Below the pieces are notes generated by a model. That model did not search any database. It saw only the letters and a list, made by a program, of their open reading frames with translations, and had not been told where the DNA came from. A stretch of 64,000 bases of DNA from an uncultured Bacteroidales bacterium. Its GTDB lineage: Bacteria; Bacteroidota; Bacteroidia; Bacteroidales; UBA3824. A program made the position numbers and the translations under genes. This document shows, piece by piece, positions 60,659 to 64,000 of this stretch (position 1 is the stretch's first letter; each line of letters starts with the position of its first letter). The DNA lies in assembly GCA_947168365.1 (NCBI GenBank), contig CAMVLO010000007.1:8642-72641 (forward strand), read 5' to 3'.

Positions 60659-61384
60659 ATGAATGAAATTCTAAAGAAAATTTTATCTCTCTACAACGAT
60701 TTTATGATAAAATTGTTGAGAATCAGATTTTTCTGTATAGATAAAGAAAAATTTATAGCGCGTGAGAAAAAAAACAACGGAGGAACTATTGACCCGAATT
60801 ATGTTAACAAGAGTAGTAAAGAAATTATTGTTCGTATTACAGTTGTTACCGTATTTATTACATTTTTGTCTACTATTCCTACTACAGTTTGGATATCAAT
60901 ACCTTTGGCTGTAATTGATTTTATTCAGTTTCAGGTTTTTCTCTATATCGTACAGCAGAAATTACTTTACTTATACGGGTCTAAAGATTTGAGACGCAAT
61001 AAAATAATAGATTATCCCAATGGGGCTTGGCTTGTTTGGTTGCAATCCAATGTTATGCTCGGAGTAAAAGATAATATGAGGTCAAAACTGAAAAGTGCCG
61101 GCGGTTTTATTATTCGCAAAGCTATTACGGTTTTTTTCGCGAAATCTCCGTTTAGAATTGTATTGATTACCGGTATCCGTCAGTTTTTGAAATGGTGCGG
61201 AGTAGTTGTAACGCATCAGCTTGTATTGTCGTCGCTCGATTGGTTGATAGCGATAGTTTGCGCTTTGGTAGCCGCAGGAGTATCGCTTTGGCAGTTTTGG
61301 CCGATGTGCAAAAGATTTAACACAAAACTTTCTGCAAACGGATTGGATTATTACGAAGATGCATATTTTCATTCCGTAGATTAA
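60659..61384 (+). CDS. Hypothetical membrane protein
   Basis: 241-aa ORF with several hydrophobic segments. Confidence 0.65.
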   Translation: MNEILKKILSLYNDFMIKLLRIRFFCIDKEKFIAREKKNNGGTIDPNYVNKSSKEIIVRITVVTVFITFLSTIPTTVWISIPLAVIDFIQFQVFLYIVQQKLLYLYGSKDLRRNKIIDYPNGAWLVWLQSNVMLGVKDNMRSKLKSAGGFIIRKAITVFFAKSPFRIVLITGIRQFLKWCGVVVTHQLVLSSLDWLIAIVCALVAAGVSLWQFWPMCKRFNTKLSANGLDYYEDAYFHSVD

Positions 61385-61469
61385 CGATTAAGAAATTTTA
61401 ATTTCTTTTTTTTTAGAATTTATATATATTTGAACTTTCAATTATTATTTTACTAAAACATTTATTATT

Positions 61470-63146
61470 ATGGAATCAAAAAAATTGGATATATACTGTT
61501 TGAATACCAATGTTACAAAACAGTATCCGGTTGGTACTTCTCTTAGAGAAATAGCAGATGATCAGAATATTAAGCTCAACAAACCTTTGGTGGGAGCTTT
61601 CGTTAACAATAAAGTGAAAGAATTGGATTACGCGGTTTTCAAACCCAAAGTTGTTCAGTTTTTCGACCTCGAATCGGTAGAGGGTCAACGGATGTACAAT
61701 CGTTCGCTCTGTATGCTTTTGGCAAAAGCTCTCAACGATGTTGAACCGGAATTGAGAGTTGTGGTTGATCACAGTATCAGCAAAGGTTTTTATTGTGAAC
61801 TTGTTACAAAAGAGGGTAAAGAGTTTAAGGCTACCGAAGATCTTGTTTTGAAAATTCGCGGTAGAATGCAAATGCTTGTTGATGTAAATTTACCAATTGA
61901 CAGAAAAGAAATTTTGTCATCCAAAGCCGCTGATATCTTTGAATCTCAAGGTCTTGGGGACAGGGTAGAGATGTTTAAACATCGTCCGAGATTTTTCTCA
62001 TCAATTTACTCAATCGACGGTTTCCAAGATTACTACACATCTTATCTTGTACCGTCAACAAATTATCTTACAGTATTTGATTTGATACCGTATTACGACG
62101 GGATGTTGTTGAGATTTCCAACCGATTTCAAGACAATGACTATTGCTCCTTTGGAAAAGCAAGACAAACTTTTTGAAGTTTTCCGTGAATACAAATCTTG
62201 GAGTAAACTTCTGGGTATTAGTACTGTAGATTCTCTCAACAAAGCTGTTGCTACAGGTGAAGCCGGCGATATTATAAAAGTAGCCGAAGCCTTGCAAGAA
62301 AAGAAAATTGCTCAGATTGCCGATAGAATCAAACAAGCAGGAAATGTAAAACTTGTATTGATTGCAGGTCCGTCTTCATCAGGAAAAACTACAACTTCTA
62401 AACGTTTGTGCGTACAATTGAGAGTTGCGGGCATGAAACCGGTTCAGATTTCGCTTGACAATTATTTTGTAGACCGCGAAAAAACTCCTCGTGACGAATC
62501 CGGCGAATACGATTTTGAAGCGTTGGAAGCTCTTGACTATCAACAATTCAATAAAGATATTCTCGATATGATGGACGGTAAACGTGTAGAAATGCCGGTA
62601 TTTAATTTTCAAACCGGAAAACGTGAATATCGCGGCGAATTTATGACTGCCGATGAGGATACAGTTTTTGTTGTAGAAGGTATTCACGGTTTGAATCCTA
62701 CATTGAGTGAGATGATTCCTGCTGACAGAAAATTCAAGATTTATGTTTCTGCGCTTACTCCGATTGGTGTAGATTATCACAACCGTATACCAACCACTGA
62801 TAACAGATTGTTGCGCAGAATTATACGTGATTTCAGATACCGTCATTATTCTGCCGAAGAAACAATTAAACGTTGGCCGGGCGTAAGAAGGGGAGAAGAC
62901 CGCAACATCTTCCCGTTTCAAGAGGAAGCCGACATCATGTTTAGTTCTGCATTGCCGTATGAACTCGGTGTAATAAAGAAATATGCAGAACCGATATTGC
63001 GCGGAGTTTCGGAGCGTGCTCCCGAATATGCTGAAGCACAACGTTTGATAAAGTTCTTGTCGTACTTCAAAGAATTTCCAGACGATGAGATACCGCCGAC
63101 ATCAATTTTGCGCGAATTCTTGACAGGCAGTTCGTTCCATTACTAA
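61470..63146 (+). CDS. Uridine/nucleoside kinase with ThrRS-like N-terminal domain
   Basis: TGS/ThrRS-like N-terminus, IAGPSSSGKTT, VEGIHGLN, RLLRRI.RD..YR. Confidence 0.9.
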   Translation: MESKKLDIYCLNTNVTKQYPVGTSLREIADDQNIKLNKPLVGAFVNNKVKELDYAVFKPKVVQFFDLESVEGQRMYNRSLCMLLAKALNDVEPELRVVVDHSISKGFYCELVTKEGKEFKATEDLVLKIRGRMQMLVDVNLPIDRKEILSSKAADIFESQGLGDRVEMFKHRPRFFSSIYSIDGFQDYYTSYLVPSTNYLTVFDLIPYYDGMLLRFPTDFKTMTIAPLEKQDKLFEVFREYKSWSKLLGISTVDSLNKAVATGEAGDIIKVAEALQEKKIAQIADRIKQAGNVKLVLIAGPSSSGKTTTSKRLCVQLRVAGMKPVQISLDNYFVDREKTPRDESGEYDFEALEALDYQQFNKDILDMMDGKRVEMPVFNFQTGKREYRGEFMTADEDTVFVVEGIHGLNPTLSEMIPADRKFKIYVSALTPIGVDYHNRIPTTDNRLLRRIIRDFRYRHYSAEETIKRWPGVRRGEDRNIFPFQEEADIMFSSALPYELGVIKKYAEPILRGVSERAPEYAEAQRLIKFLSYFKEFPDDEIPPTSILREFLTGSSFHY

Positions 63147-63205
63147 AAAAAATTTGGAAATCATATAGCATTTATGTATTTTTGCGCTGATTAAAATGGC
63201 AAGTT

Positions 63206-64000
63206 ATGCAGTTTAAAGATATCCCCGGACATGAAAATATCAAGCATTTGCTTATACAGACTGTAAAAGAGAATCGTATAAGTCATGCACAATTATTTTT
63301 AGGACCGGAAGGATGCGGCAAACTTGCCTTGGCAATTGCATACGCTCAATACATTTCGTGCCCGAATCGTACGGATACAGATAGTTGCGGAGTTTGTCCA
63401 TCATGTCAACAGTATAAAAAGCTGGTGCATCCGGATTTGCATTTTGTATATCCGGTGGTACATTCGTCCAAAAACAACAAACCTGTATCCGATGATTTTA
63501 TAGCGGAATGGCGAAAGTTTGTATTGCACAGAAATTACCATCGTATAGATGATTGGTATGATTTCATTGGCAGCGAAAACTCTCAAGGAAGTATATTTGT
63601 ACAAGAAAGTCAAGAGATTATCCGAAAACTTAATCTCAAAACTTTTGAGAGCGAATACAAGATAATGATAATTTGGATGCCCGAAAAGATGAACGAAATG
63701 ACGGCAAACAAATTACTCAAAATTATCGAGGAACCTCCGGCAAAAACATTGTTTATCCTTGTAGCCGAAAACGAGGAAATGATACTTACAACAATACGTT
63801 CGCGTGTACAGTTGGTAAAAATTTCAAAACCGGAGATTTCCGATATTGTGGAATCATTGAAATTGGAGTATCCTGATACCGATGAGCAAACTCTCAATAG
63901 TTCGGCTTTGCTTGGAGACGGCAATTTTTTGGAAGCTGTTCAAGCATTAAAACAATTTAAAACGGGTCAGGTGGAAACTCCTGATTATGAGTTTTTTACT
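63206..64000 (+). CDS. holB: DNA polymerase III delta' subunit (partial, runs off window)
   Basis: Read directly from the DNA: MQFKDIPG..., HAQLFLGPEGCGK, CGVCPSC, HPDLHF, NKLLKIIEEPP, TIRSR. Confidence 0.92.
   Translation, partial: MQFKDIPGHENIKHLLIQTVKENRISHAQLFLGPEGCGKLALAIAYAQYISCPNRTDTDSCGVCPSCQQYKKLVHPDLHFVYPVVHSSKNNKPVSDDFIAEWRKFVLHRNYHRIDDWYDFIGSENSQGSIFVQESQEIIRKLNLKTFESEYKIMIIWMPEKMNEMTANKLLKIIEEPPAKTLFILVAENEEMILTTIRSRVQLVKISKPEISDIVESLKLEYPDTDEQTLNSSALLGDGNFLEAVQALKQFKTGQVETPDYEFFT

Noticed and set aside
1-64000. tRNA, rRNA, integrase, transposase or prophage genes
   Set aside because: None recognised in the sequence or the ORF track.

Overview
AT-rich Bacteroidota (probably Bacteroidales) chromosomal segment, judged from TAnnTTTG-type promoters and gene content. 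It is mostly housekeeping genes (trpB2, rbfA, metK with a SAM-II-like riboswitch, folK, acpP-fabF-rnc, folE, mutL, rpsO-pnp, upp, thyA-folA, rplU-rpmA, serS, partial holB). The most striking feature is a cassette that occurs three times (about 1.06-2.6 kb, 17.08-18.56 kb and 57.09-58.72 kb). Each copy has a tandem array of 7-8 near-identical 41-42 bp units, then a non-coding leader with fixed geometry (IHF-consensus site, (C)TACA..TGTAG palindrome, Bacteroidetes promoter, about 140 nt 5'UTR), then a DUF6261/HagB-like helical protein gene and a terminator. The arrays keep the same period but differ in sequence, have no spacers and have no cas genes nearby. Other notable items are a family of AACGAATTAAACGAATT palindromic MITE/REP-like elements, GTAG-type REP elements, a PdxA homologue that has lost its catalytic residues, a partial aryl-polyene-like fatty acid cluster and a long hairpin downstream of rnc. 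All calls come from motif recognition by eye; no database searches were run.
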